From a virus (lineage: Duplodnaviria > Caudoviricetes), in IMG/VR virus record IMGVR_UViG_3300017722_005427, positions 1-31,498 of that record: a stretch of 31,498 bases of DNA; one strand, 5' to 3'. Below, piece by piece: positions 1 to 8,912 of this stretch (positions are counted from its first letter, which is position 1; each line of letters opens with the position of its first letter). The notes under the pieces were generated by a model that saw nothing but the letters and a program-made list of their open reading frames with translations, ran no database searches and was not told the origin of the DNA. Position numbers and translations under genes: made by a program.

Positions 1-629
1 ATCTGGCCGAGGACTTTCCACGCAGAGCCCGACCTGATGAGGCTGAACCCAAAAACATCCTGCTTGTTAGCTGTTCCTGTTGGTGTGGTTCCGTTTGCCC
101 AGTTGATCGTCTGTCCAGCGCCGTCTACCTGCACAATGCTGACAATGTAGGCGGGCGAGCTTTGTGAGAGGATGACAGTGGGTGTGATAATTCTGTTGTC
201 GGTCGTAGGAACGTTTGTAAAGTTGGCTGTCACGTTGCCTGCAGGTCTGTTAAGATAGAAGATGCTCGAGCCAGTCATATCACAGGTGAGAGTGCTTCCT
301 CCCTGTGCGTGTGTCATCCTCTCTGTCACGCCGGCCAGTGTCGTGCGCCCAGCGACGGCAAGATCACCTGAAAAGCTGCCTGTCGAAGTGGCGCTTGACA
401 GGCTGAACCCACTCTTGCCGTCAATGTTTCCGCTGACAACCAAATCTCCACCGAAGACAGACTTTGACGTCCCGCCGACAGTTCCACTGACAAACAGCAC
501 AGCGTCAGACGTAATTACGGGAAAATTTGTTCGGACATTAGCAATCACCAGCGTTCCTGATATTGCCGTGGTAGAAGTCAGAGAGCTACTAGCACCCACG
601 CTTCCTGAGATTGTTCCTATTAGCGCCAT
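1..629 (-). CDS. Tail fibre/virion structural protein, runs off the left edge (not in the ORF track)
   Basis: Manual translation from ATG at 629 (GAGG upstream): MALIGTISGS...LFVSGTVGGTSKSVFGGDLVVSG...INWANGTTPTGTANKQDVFGFSLIRSGSAWKVLGQ, open to the edge. The N-terminus resembles MALVGNISGS of 713..3316. Confidence 0.8.
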   Translation of the reverse strand, partial: MALIGTISGSVGASSSLTSTTAISGTLVIANVRTNFPVITSDAVLFVSGTVGGTSKSVFGGDLVVSGNIDGKSGFSLSSATSTGSFSGDLAVAGRTTLAGVTERMTHAQGGSTLTCDMTGSSIFYLNRPAGNVTANFTNVPTTDNRIITPTVILSQSSPAYIVSIVQVDGAGQTINWANGTTPTGTANKQDVFGFSLIRSGSAWKVLGQ

Positions 630-648
630 ATGCTTACCTCAGATGTAA

Positions 649-680
649 ATATCGCCTCCACCCGGAAGTGGAGGCGATAT
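649..680 (-). terminator. Probable intrinsic terminator hairpin after the 867-aa fibre gene
   Basis: Perfect 13-bp stem ATATCGCCTCCAC/GTGGAGGCGATAT with a 6-nt loop, but only a short U run. Confidence 0.6.
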
Positions 681-712
681 GCTCCAATGGGAGCTAGCTC
701 TTGACTAGATTA

Positions 713-3316
713 TCACAGTTCCTGGAGTACGAACTTGTAGCGCTTGCCGTTGATGTTGTTCGTGATCGAGAGGTATTCCTCTTCCTCGATGATGGTCCAG
801 TTGCCGCGATCGTTGCGGAGGTGCAAGTCTCCGGTGTAGACGTTGGCCCATCGCCTCTGCGGCGAACCGAGGCTCGCTCCTGAGTCTGAGCTCGGGAAGA
901 GTCCAGTGATTCCATCCCCCGTCTGACCGGCCACCGCAAAGGCCGCTCCATCCTTCTTGAAGGTGACGCCAGAAAGAACACTGGCATTGAGCTCAACCGC
1001 ACTTCCACTCATCACAAGAGTCGTTGTTCCAAGTCCAGAGGCCAGCGTAATGTTCTGGCTTGCTGATCCAGACAGTGTTGTCGTTGTACCGCTGGCATTG
1101 ACGTGAAGCTCTGGGGCCCCATCTTTCTGGAAGACGAATCCACCTGAACCAGCGTTTGCTACAACTGTACTACCGCTGAGAGTAAGAGTGGTTGCACCAG
1201 TTCCTGAACCAAGAGTGACGTTGGCGCTAGTGCCACCGAATATATTGGCATTGTTGCTCGAGTTCTGGACCGTGAGGAACGTTGTGCTGGAGCTGTTCTT
1301 GTATAGGACCTCGTTGCCAGTAGGCTTCAGGATGATGTCCTGCAGCGCGCTGAACAGTGTGTCTCCGGCATCTGACGAGATCGTAAGGTGATCTCCATCA
1401 GCGCCTTCCTTCCTGAATGTGTGACCATTGGTTCCGTGTATCGAGCGAACGCCATTTGCGCCACTGAGCGAGAGAAGAATTCCGCTCTCGGTTCCCATTG
1501 TCAGGGTGCTTGCGCCAAAGTTTAACGAGCCGCGTGTAGAGCCGACAAACTTGTACTCGATGCCCTGAGCGTGGGCACCAAGCACGAGGGATGATCCAGT
1601 TAGGATCAGCTGCCTTGCGGTTCCAACACCACCTGCGGCTGGACTCTGTGCGGTGAGGGTGAGGCTCGTGTTTGCAGCGCCGGTGAATCTTCCGACCTCG
1701 GTGCCGCCGCTGTACATCTTCACGGCCTGGTTGGCGCCGCTTCCATGTCCAATGTTTACGCTGGTGCCTGAGAGCCAGAGGCTTCCAAGGCTTGCGCCGC
1801 TCATGCCCTTGATCTCGCCCTCTCCAGAGCCGCCGATGTCTCCGAACTGGATCCTGGTCGTACCGCCCTGCGAGAATGAAGCCGTTGCAGAGGTGGCCAC
1901 CGCTAGATTTACTGAAGCGCCGTCAGAAGATGATAGGAATACGTTGATTCCACCGCCAAGCTCGAACTTTCCAGCCCTCAGGGTAGAGTAGTCAGTTACG
2001 GTGATTGGTGAACCAGTTGCAGTGCCTGAAGTGGTCCTGATCGCCGCAAACCCGCCCTCAGATTGATCCCAGATGAATGCCGCGTTGTTGACTCCGCTGA
2101 GTCCACCGATGAATCCTCTGTCTCCGACGCCCACCGCCGTCGACCCGCTGGTGAATCCGAGCCCGATGACTGGATCTTCCATCTCAATCGTGGTCGCGTC
2201 AACCGTGAGCGTGGTTCCCTGCACTGTGAGGTCGCCAGGGATGATAACGTTGCCACCCGAGAGCGTGATTGCAGTGGCGCCAGTGCTGGACTTGATGTCG
2301 TTGCCTGTGACCGTGAGGTCGCCTGCGACTGCGACATTGCCGCTTGCTCCAAGCGTGAGGTTTAGGCCTGCTGAACCTGAGATGTAGTTGCTGTTGACCT
2401 GGAGGTCTCCAGCCGTCGTGACCTTTGTACCGGCAAGAGTGATTGCAGTTGTTCCACCAGAGGACTTGATGTCATTTCCAGTGACCGTGAGATCACCGGT
2501 GACCGCAACGTCTCCTGTTCCAGAGAACGTGATGGCGGTGGTTCCACCGTTCATCTTGATATCATTGCCACCGACCGTGATATCACCGCTCAGTGTAACG
2601 TCACCAACCAGCGTTGAAGTGCCGGCGATGGTGAGATTTCCACCAGCCTGGAGGTTGCTGGAACCGCTGATTACGCCAGCTCTTGAGAGGTCTACCGAAG
2701 TAGAGCCATCTGTTTCTACGATGCGAACAAAGGAGCCAGAGGAAATGACAGGACCACCGAATAGAGACACCTTGTTGCTGGCACCACCGGCGTTGCTTCC
2801 AGATACAAAGAAGAATACGTCAGTTCCATTTGCATCAGCGGTTCCAGCCGTACCGATCGCGATGGAGCTTGTGGTGAAGGCCTCTAAAGCGTTTGTGGCC
2901 GTGAACACCGATTCGCCGCCACCACCGCCGCTTGCAAGCTCTGATAGAGTCTTTCCACCAGTGTTGCTGCCGTCAAAGAACTTGAGGTCTGAGCCGACCA
3001 AGGCGATTCTATTGGCCGCCGTTCCAATCTGGACATGGCCCGCGCTTCCGATCTGGATGTCGTTTGACGTGATTACGATCGAACCAGTGCCGACCGTGAG
3101 CGATCCAGAGACCGCCATGTCACCACCGAAGACCGCCACATTCCTGGTGGCTCCGTTCTTTCCGCCGATCGATCCAGAGACGAAGAACTGTACGTCAGAT
3201 CCAGGGAGGCTCGATGGGAAAGAGCCGGCTGGATTGTTTGAGAAGATTACTGATCCGGTGACGCCAATCAGTGAGTTGGCGTTTGATGAGCCCGATATAT
3301 TGCCGACTAAAGCCAT
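713..3316 (-). CDS. Tail fibre-like protein (867 aa)
   Basis: G/S/T-rich. Contains FFVSG...FGGD modules, ~28-aa GDLTVTGNDIKSS repeats and the C-terminus RWANVYTGDLHLRNDRGNWTIIEE...GKRYKF, typical of large-myovirus fibre ends. GGAGG RBS. Confidence 0.8.
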   Translation of the reverse strand: MALVGNISGSSNANSLIGVTGSVIFSNNPAGSFPSSLPGSDVQFFVSGSIGGKNGATRNVAVFGGDMAVSGSLTVGTGSIVITSNDIQIGSAGHVQIGTAANRIALVGSDLKFFDGSNTGGKTLSELASGGGGGESVFTATNALEAFTTSSIAIGTAGTADANGTDVFFFVSGSNAGGASNKVSLFGGPVISSGSFVRIVETDGSTSVDLSRAGVISGSSNLQAGGNLTIAGTSTLVGDVTLSGDITVGGNDIKMNGGTTAITFSGTGDVAVTGDLTVTGNDIKSSGGTTAITLAGTKVTTAGDLQVNSNYISGSAGLNLTLGASGNVAVAGDLTVTGNDIKSSTGATAITLSGGNVIIPGDLTVQGTTLTVDATTIEMEDPVIGLGFTSGSTAVGVGDRGFIGGLSGVNNAAFIWDQSEGGFAAIRTTSGTATGSPITVTDYSTLRAGKFELGGGINVFLSSSDGASVNLAVATSATASFSQGGTTRIQFGDIGGSGEGEIKGMSGASLGSLWLSGTSVNIGHGSGANQAVKMYSGGTEVGRFTGAANTSLTLTAQSPAAGGVGTARQLILTGSSLVLGAHAQGIEYKFVGSTRGSLNFGASTLTMGTESGILLSLSGANGVRSIHGTNGHTFRKEGADGDHLTISSDAGDTLFSALQDIILKPTGNEVLYKNSSSTTFLTVQNSSNNANIFGGTSANVTLGSGTGATTLTLSGSTVVANAGSGGFVFQKDGAPELHVNASGTTTTLSGSASQNITLASGLGTTTLVMSGSAVELNASVLSGVTFKKDGAAFAVAGQTGDGITGLFPSSDSGASLGSPQRRWANVYTGDLHLRNDRGNWTIIEEEEYLSITNNINGKRYKFVLQEL
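2217..2587 (-). repeat. Imperfect ~28-aa tandem repeats (fibre shaft)
   Basis: GDITVGGNDIKMNGG, GDLTVTGNDIKSSGG, GDLQVNSNYISGS, GDLTVTGNDIKSSTG, GDLTVQG. Confidence 0.8.
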
Positions 3317-3340
3317 GTGATTACCTCCGCTTGCTGTTTC

Positions 3341-3347
3341 TAACTAT
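3341..3347 (-). promoter_or_regulatory. ATAGTTA, candidate phage late-promoter motif
   Basis: The same ATANTTA motif lies shortly upstream of several virion-type genes. Confidence 0.5.
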
Positions 3348-3385
3348 TACGTGCTAGAGATCATTTTACTTTCTAGATGAACCAG

Positions 3386-5122
3386 TCACTTGATTTCATC
3401 AAATTCCGGAGCGCGCTCCAGCACAAACCTGTACCTCTTTCCATTCTTGTTGAACCTCACCGTGAGGCAGTCCTCTTCCTCGATGAGAGTGTAGTCTCCA
3501 CGCTCGTTTCTTAGGTGGAGGTCTCCAGTAAATATGTTTGCAAACCTTGCGGTGTCTGAGCCGAGGTTCCTTGTTCGATTGCCGTCAGGTATGATATCAG
3601 AAGCCAAGAGCGAATTGACGACTATAGAATCTGTCGAATCAGTTCCAAGGTATGCTGACCCTGAAGCAACAATGTCTCCACCGAAAACTGATGCTCCTCG
3701 AGTAATACCATTCTTTGCTCCTCTCTTGCCTGACACAAAGAAAGTTGTGTCGTTGGAGTTGAATGGATTTGCTGGACCTGCATAAAGCCCTGGGAATATT
3801 GACGCGACTGATCCAGTCGCCTGACCGTTGGGTCTGACTTCCAGGAAGTTGACTGCATTTCCAAGAGTAGTGTATACTGATGAGATAAAGTAGCCACCCT
3901 GATATCGATTTCTTAGACTGAGCTCTCCTGAGGTGGACATGTTCAGCACGCCATATCCAGTTCCGTTATCGAGTATCAGTGAACCAGAAGTTACAACATC
4001 TCCACCAAATAGAGAGACCCCAGAACTTGGACGCGCTGCAATAGTTCCCTTTGTTCCAGACACAAAGAAGTGTATGTCAGATCCAGCATTTGCCGTTGTG
4101 TAGCTAGAGCCGAGCCCGCCGGCCAGAGCTAGAGATCCTGTGGCGTTTATTTTTCCCGAGACTGGATCAGTGAAATATGAAGATCCTCCACCGACACCAC
4201 CAGTCGAGGCGATAGTTACTGATCCATTAGATCCTGTTGTGATTGTTACATTTGAGCCGGCTATGAGATAGGATGTGCCATCGTATAGCTTTGTTAGAGA
4301 TCCTGTTAATCCAACTCTAGCCGCAATAGTTCCTGAAGATACAAGGTCTCCACCGAAAACTGCAGTTCCTCGGGTGCTGGAAGTTCCTCTCGAGTTCGGC
4401 ACGCCTTCGACGTAGAAATTTGTGTCGCCAGAGGTGACTGGGTCTCTTGCTATTGAGTTGACAAGGTTTCCTGAGCTAAAGAGCGTAACGCTCTGGCCAG
4501 AATTTCTCGGATATACTCTGAGAACATTTGAGCCGATACCATTTGGTGCCGTGACGCTTAGCCAGTACTCTCCACTGGGCTTTGATATGGAGACATAGTA
4601 ATTTCCATCGCTGGAGTACGAGTGATCTGCACGACCTGTGCTTGAGCTCAGTCTTAGCTGAGGAGTGTCCCCAGAGGCATCGTATATCTCGACGGATCCC
4701 GTGAATCCTGCAGTTCCAGAGACATACAGCTGGCCCTTAGTTTGGTTCGATCCTGTAACCAGCAGGTTGTTGCTTATGAACCTAAAGTTGCTGCTGCCCG
4801 CAAATGATCCTGCACTGTTGAATTGGACACTGTTTGCTGGAAGCCCTGGAGTAGTCGAAGAAACTCCGAACAACGTTCCAGAGATGTATACGTCACCGCC
4901 AAAAGTGACTCTGTCGTTGCCACCGGAAGATCCTGATATGAACAGCCAGGTATCAGAACCAGTTCCAGCAAGTATTAGACTTGATGTGTCGACATTTATT
5001 CCATCATTTCCGGCGGCGCCAGATCCAATGAGAAGCAGTCTTGGGTTGGCAGAGCTTCCTGAGGCGATAATCCTCTCAGCCCTTAAGCCGGATGTCTTAA
5101 AATCTGGTGGTTTCTGTGCCAT
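3386..5122 (-). CDS. Tail fibre-like protein (578 aa)
   Basis: Four FxxSG...FGGD modules and the C-terminus RFANIFTGDLHLRNERGDYTLIEE...GKRYRF, paralogous to 713..3316. Confidence 0.8.
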   Translation of the reverse strand: MAQKPPDFKTSGLRAERIIASGSSANPRLLLIGSGAAGNDGINVDTSSLILAGTGSDTWLFISGSSGGNDRVTFGGDVYISGTLFGVSSTTPGLPANSVQFNSAGSFAGSSNFRFISNNLLVTGSNQTKGQLYVSGTAGFTGSVEIYDASGDTPQLRLSSSTGRADHSYSSDGNYYVSISKPSGEYWLSVTAPNGIGSNVLRVYPRNSGQSVTLFSSGNLVNSIARDPVTSGDTNFYVEGVPNSRGTSSTRGTAVFGGDLVSSGTIAARVGLTGSLTKLYDGTSYLIAGSNVTITTGSNGSVTIASTGGVGGGSSYFTDPVSGKINATGSLALAGGLGSSYTTANAGSDIHFFVSGTKGTIAARPSSGVSLFGGDVVTSGSLILDNGTGYGVLNMSTSGELSLRNRYQGGYFISSVYTTLGNAVNFLEVRPNGQATGSVASIFPGLYAGPANPFNSNDTTFFVSGKRGAKNGITRGASVFGGDIVASGSAYLGTDSTDSIVVNSLLASDIIPDGNRTRNLGSDTARFANIFTGDLHLRNERGDYTLIEEEDCLTVRFNKNGKRYRFVLERAPEFDEIK

Positions 5123-5365
5123 TTATCTGCTACTCACTATCAAGTATTCTACAGAATCTACCGACTCTTGATTTGAGACTATCAGATAGATGTCATCTGA
5201 AAGCTTTGCGGTTGAAACGTTCAAGATTTCGTTGGGCGTTGCAATCATTGCCGTGGCATTCACATCTAGGTTTGGATTTGTAATGACAACTGGAGCAATT
5301 CCAAAAGTTGTTACGCTGGTGTTTCCAAATTGGATGTTTATTTCTCTCATCACCATCCTGCTCAT
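5123..5365 (-). CDS. Small hypothetical protein, probably virion-associated
   Basis: Abuts both neighbours (ATGA overlap with 5362..5676) and is beta-rich. Confidence 0.65.
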   Translation of the reverse strand: MSRMVMREINIQFGNTSVTTFGIAPVVITNPNLDVNATAMIATPNEILNVSTAKLSDDIYLIVSNQESVDSVEYLIVSSR

Positions 5366-5676
5366 GTGCTCACCACAACAACTGACGCGGAATCAGAATT
5401 GGGGATGCTGGACCTGATGACCACAGAAGTCCTCGATATGGATTCAATAAATACATTGAAAGAATCAGACATTGCTGTGACAACAACGTTAGGTACAGTA
5501 TCGTATGTATTTTTGAATGTGTATGTCACGGTGCTCGAACCATTGAATGACACAGTGTCACTCTCAAGTGCAAATGGCTCGTCAGTGACATAGACGTCTC
5601 TAGACGGCCATCTAACACCCGGGTACACTTTCCTGTACCTGTTCAAGTCTCGGGACCTGAGATTGACTCTTCCCAT
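5362..5676 (-). CDS. Small beta-rich protein resembling fibre-tip/lectin-like domains
   Basis: GAGG RBS. The pattern VTYTFKNTYDTVPNVVVT resembles small phage fibre C-terminal beta domains. Confidence 0.6.
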   Translation of the reverse strand: MGRVNLRSRDLNRYRKVYPGVRWPSRDVYVTDEPFALESDTVSFNGSSTVTYTFKNTYDTVPNVVVTAMSDSFNVFIESISRTSVVIRSSIPNSDSASVVVVST

Positions 5677-5709
5677 TGTTGCCTCTTACGTAATTAGGCA
5701 ACCTCAGGA

Positions 5710-7023
5710 TTATAGTTCTCTGCTAGCCAAAGTTGCTAGGGGAGATCTTTCGCCGCGGTCCAACTTAATGTGCCCAAAAAGCTCTTTGCCCTTCAGCTTT
5801 TCGATCGCGATGGCAAGACCGTTCGAGTGCCGATCAAGATAGGGAGTGTCGACCTGATCGGTGTCACCCAGCAGTACAATCTTTGTGCCAGACCCGCACC
5901 TTGTCACTATGGTCTTAATCTCGTGAATTGATAAGTTTTGCGACTCATCTACAATCACGTAGCAGTTATTGAAGCTCCTGCCTCTGATGTAGCTCACAGG
6001 AGATATTTCGATGCTCCCCTTCTGGCGCATCATCTCGAAATAAGATGGATCATGGAATGCGCTGCGAAAGTTATCGACTATCGGCATCAACCACGGCGCC
6101 ATCTTATCATCGATTGTACCAGGCAAGAATCCAAGGTCTCGACCTACAGGCTCGATGGACCTCGTTATCACAATCCTGTCATAGATTTTTGCATTGAGAC
6201 CTGACATTCCAGCAACAAGGGCCAGGAAAGTCTTTCCAGAGCCAGCCAAACCCGTGAGGCTCACAAGAGGGATGTCTTTATTTGTAAGCAGGTGAAGAGC
6301 GGCAGTCTGCTCTTTACTCCTGGGCTTCACGCCGATGGTCTGCTCCATGAACATCTTGGGCTTTGCTACCTTGCCCTTTGAGTAGATGCCTATAAATCCC
6401 TTCTGGGGGTCTATATCGCAAGTAGCGTGGACGAGTTGGTTCTCGTAGAGAACAATTTCTGGATCTACAAGCTCTATCTCTCCATCACGATAGAAGTCAT
6501 CAACGTCTCTTGAGGTGACATCTACCGTACACTGGCCACTATATGCTTCTGATCCATCACGATATGCCTTTGGAATGTCAGTGTAATAGTCTTCTGCACG
6601 GACACCAAGTGCGTCACACTTGACTCTCAAGTTGATGTCTTTAGAGATGACCCTTACTTCTCTATCGGGATTCTGAGACTTTATTGCCAGCGCTACAGCG
6701 ACAATCTTGTTGTCACCCTTCTCTATCGGAAACTCTACGGGAGTAGCATTTTCCTCCACTGGAACTCTTACAACGCGGATGAAGATGTCTGTGTTTGGAA
6801 CTTGAACTCCGTCATGAAGGCTTCCAATCTTCCTCAGAGAGTCTAGGAAACGATTGACCTCTCTTGCTGCAGATCCGACCTGTTCTTTCTTCTCCTTAAA
6901 TCTGTCGAGCTCTTCAAGAACAATCAATGGTATGATCACATCGTTGCCGTGAAAGAACTTCAGCGAATTAGGGTCATACAACATTACGCTGGTGTCTATA
7001 ATCAGAAGCTTTCTGTTCTTCAA
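5710..7023 (-). CDS. phoH: PIN-domain PhoH family protein (PhoH2-type)
   Basis: PIN motifs IIDTSV, LEELD, DNKI, SKDINLRVK. PhoH motifs GLAGSGKT, LGFLPG, RGRSF, DESQN, GDTDQVD. TTG start with GAGGAG RBS. Confidence 0.92.
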   Translation of the reverse strand: MKNRKLLIIDTSVMLYDPNSLKFFHGNDVIIPLIVLEELDRFKEKKEQVGSAAREVNRFLDSLRKIGSLHDGVQVPNTDIFIRVVRVPVEENATPVEFPIEKGDNKIVAVALAIKSQNPDREVRVISKDINLRVKCDALGVRAEDYYTDIPKAYRDGSEAYSGQCTVDVTSRDVDDFYRDGEIELVDPEIVLYENQLVHATCDIDPQKGFIGIYSKGKVAKPKMFMEQTIGVKPRSKEQTAALHLLTNKDIPLVSLTGLAGSGKTFLALVAGMSGLNAKIYDRIVITRSIEPVGRDLGFLPGTIDDKMAPWLMPIVDNFRSAFHDPSYFEMMRQKGSIEISPVSYIRGRSFNNCYVIVDESQNLSIHEIKTIVTRCGSGTKIVLLGDTDQVDTPYLDRHSNGLAIAIEKLKGKELFGHIKLDRGERSPLATLASREL

Positions 7024-7074
7024 TTCGTCTCCTCGACTAGTTTAATCATAACAAGAATTTGAGTTCTGAAACTG

Positions 7075-8808
7075 CTAATCAAGAGTTGGTATTACTCCTC
7101 CGCAGACTGCATACCAACCATTGTCGTTTCCGCCGCTTATGAACTTTGCTACCAGTTCCACCCACTGTCTTTGTACAGACAAAGTCACAGAACCAAGGCC
7201 CGTTGTTCCAAGAACTATCACATTCTCTAATCCATTTGGAGCAATGATGCCGTTACCACCAGCTGATATAGCATTTGTTATGGTCAAGACCCTACCATGC
7301 ACTGATTCTGAAAGAGCAGGAAGACTTAACGTTGCGGCTGCGGTAAATCTCACATACCTTGCAGCTCCAGAGACGCCTGTGCTTGTAGACACAAGCTGGA
7401 TATCACTGGCATATACTTCTCCCTTGTATGAGAAGGAGCCGCTGACAGTGGTTTTTCCACCCTGGCTTGTTCCAAGGTTAATTATTGTATTTGACCCTGC
7501 GGCATTTGACGTTCCAATGTTTATAGTCTTGTTGTTTCCATTGGAAGATACTCCAGTTCCAAGATTGTAAGTTGAAGCCCCTGTGGAAGATCCACCAATG
7601 GTGATAGTCTGTGCTGAAGAAACGTTACCAATGTTAAGAGTCGTCACATTTGTGCCGAAGAGACTGAAATTTGCTGATGTTGAGGTGATATCTGTGCCAT
7701 TGACTGCAACAGCTCCACCAACAGCAAGAGAGTTAGTTGTCTTGTTGAATGTCAGGCCGCTGTCACCGCCAAAAGTAGATCCTCCGTCGTTGAACTGGAC
7801 TTGAGTATCTGAACCTCCTGGAGTTCCACCTCCTGATGCTCCAATTGTCCACTGGCCTGTAGAATTGTTGAAGCTCACAGTGGCATTTCCACTCTGGGCT
7901 AGGAATGCCGTAGATCCGTCCACGGTTGATAATGAACCAGTGATGTTCCTAGACAAGAATGATCCAGTGACAACCGTTATATCAGAAGCATCATTTCCAA
8001 ACTTAGAGGATCCTGAAACTACGAGATTTGATCCCACGGTAACATTGCTGCCCGTAAGCTGCAATGCTATTGTTCCAGTGCTCGACTTAATCTGATTTCC
8101 TGTGACTTGGAGATCTCCGGCGACTGTTGCACTGACGCCGCTTAAAGATATTGCAGTTCCTGTGCTGGACTGGATATCGTTTCCAGTGACCTTGATATCA
8201 CCAGCAAACGTAGTGAGAGTGTTCGAAGTGAGTGTAATGTTTGTTGAGCCGTTGGATGCTAGGATGTTGTTACCGTCTAACTCTAGGTCGCCTGCGACAG
8301 TGACTTTACCGTTCGCTCCAAGAGAAAGATTTAAGTTTCCAGAAGAAGCCGAAAGATCTGTTGCAACAACTCTATAGAAAGATCCAGTCACGCCAGAAAG
8401 AGTGTCAGTTGTCTTGTTGAATGTCAGGCCGCTGTCACCGCCAAAAGTAGATCCTCCGTCGTTGAACTGGACTTGAGTATCTGAACCTCCTGGAGTTCCG
8501 CCGCCAGTCGAACTTATAGTCCACTGTCCAGTAGCGTTGCTAAAAGCTACCGTGGTGTTACTTCCCTGGGTTATGAATGGCGTTACGCCATCGACAGTGT
8601 GTATAGAGCCAGTGATGTGTCTAGACTTCAGAGATCCAGTAATTTGGACTCGATCTGAAGAGCTATCTCCCAGATAAGAAGATCCAGAAATTACTAGATC
8701 TGTTTCATCAACTCTATCGACTCCTCCGAGAAGGAGTGAATAGGAGCCATCTGTACCAGTATATTGGTAGAGATTTCCTTGCGTCAGGTTAAGTCTATTT
8801 ACAGCCAT
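7075..8808 (-). CDS. Tail fibre-like protein with internal duplication (577 aa)
   Basis: G/S/T-rich, with two PGGSDTQVQFNDGG modules and GDxxVTGN repeats shared with 713..3316. Confidence 0.8.
   Translation of the reverse strand: MAVNRLNLTQGNLYQYTGTDGSYSLLLGGVDRVDETDLVISGSSYLGDSSSDRVQITGSLKSRHITGSIHTVDGVTPFITQGSNTTVAFSNATGQWTISSTGGGTPGGSDTQVQFNDGGSTFGGDSGLTFNKTTDTLSGVTGSFYRVVATDLSASSGNLNLSLGANGKVTVAGDLELDGNNILASNGSTNITLTSNTLTTFAGDIKVTGNDIQSSTGTAISLSGVSATVAGDLQVTGNQIKSSTGTIALQLTGSNVTVGSNLVVSGSSKFGNDASDITVVTGSFLSRNITGSLSTVDGSTAFLAQSGNATVSFNNSTGQWTIGASGGGTPGGSDTQVQFNDGGSTFGGDSGLTFNKTTNSLAVGGAVAVNGTDITSTSANFSLFGTNVTTLNIGNVSSAQTITIGGSSTGASTYNLGTGVSSNGNNKTINIGTSNAAGSNTIINLGTSQGGKTTVSGSFSYKGEVYASDIQLVSTSTGVSGAARYVRFTAAATLSLPALSESVHGRVLTITNAISAGGNGIIAPNGLENVIVLGTTGLGSVTLSVQRQWVELVAKFISGGNDNGWYAVCGGVIPTLD
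7735..7827. repeat. 93-bp exact direct repeat, copy 1
   Basis: Identical base for base to 8407..8499. Confidence 0.95.
8407..8499. repeat. 93-bp exact direct repeat, copy 2
   Basis: Identical to 7735..7827, offset by 672 bp (in frame). Confidence 0.95.
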
Positions 8809-8828
8809 TCTTCTACACTCGCTTCAGA

Positions 8829-8835
8829 TAACTAT
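8829..8835 (-). promoter_or_regulatory. ATAGTTA, candidate late-promoter motif
   Basis: 20 nt upstream of the fibre gene start at 8808. Confidence 0.5.
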
Positions 8836-8866
8836 CACAAGCCGCAGTAGCAGATTTCTGCTCAAA

Positions 8867-8895
8867 ATGAACATGCGCTTTTGATAGCTTATAGT
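8867..8895 (+). promoter_or_regulatory. Sigma70-like promoter
   Basis: ATGAAC-N17-TATAGT upstream of the GGAG RBS and ATG at 8913. Confidence 0.5.
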
Positions 8896-8912
8896 TCTCT
8901 TAGGCGGAGAAC

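Noticed and set aside
262-8377. Many plus-strand ORFs (e.g. 262..648, 2388..3320, 4665..5171, 7121..7570)
   Set aside because: They are antisense shadows of G/S/T-rich fibre genes, with P/V/T-rich translations, no RBS and no motifs.
7735-8499. 93-bp repeat as the template/variable pair of a diversity-generating retroelement
   Set aside because: The copies are identical with no adenine-specific mismatches, both lie within one ORF, and no reverse transcriptase is in the window.
8894-8912. Small hairpin GTTCTC/GAGAAC over the RBS of the sigma-region-4 gene
   Set aside because: Only 6-7 bp, the 5' arm overlaps the -10 box and is probably not transcribed, and no upstream same-strand gene supplies read-through.
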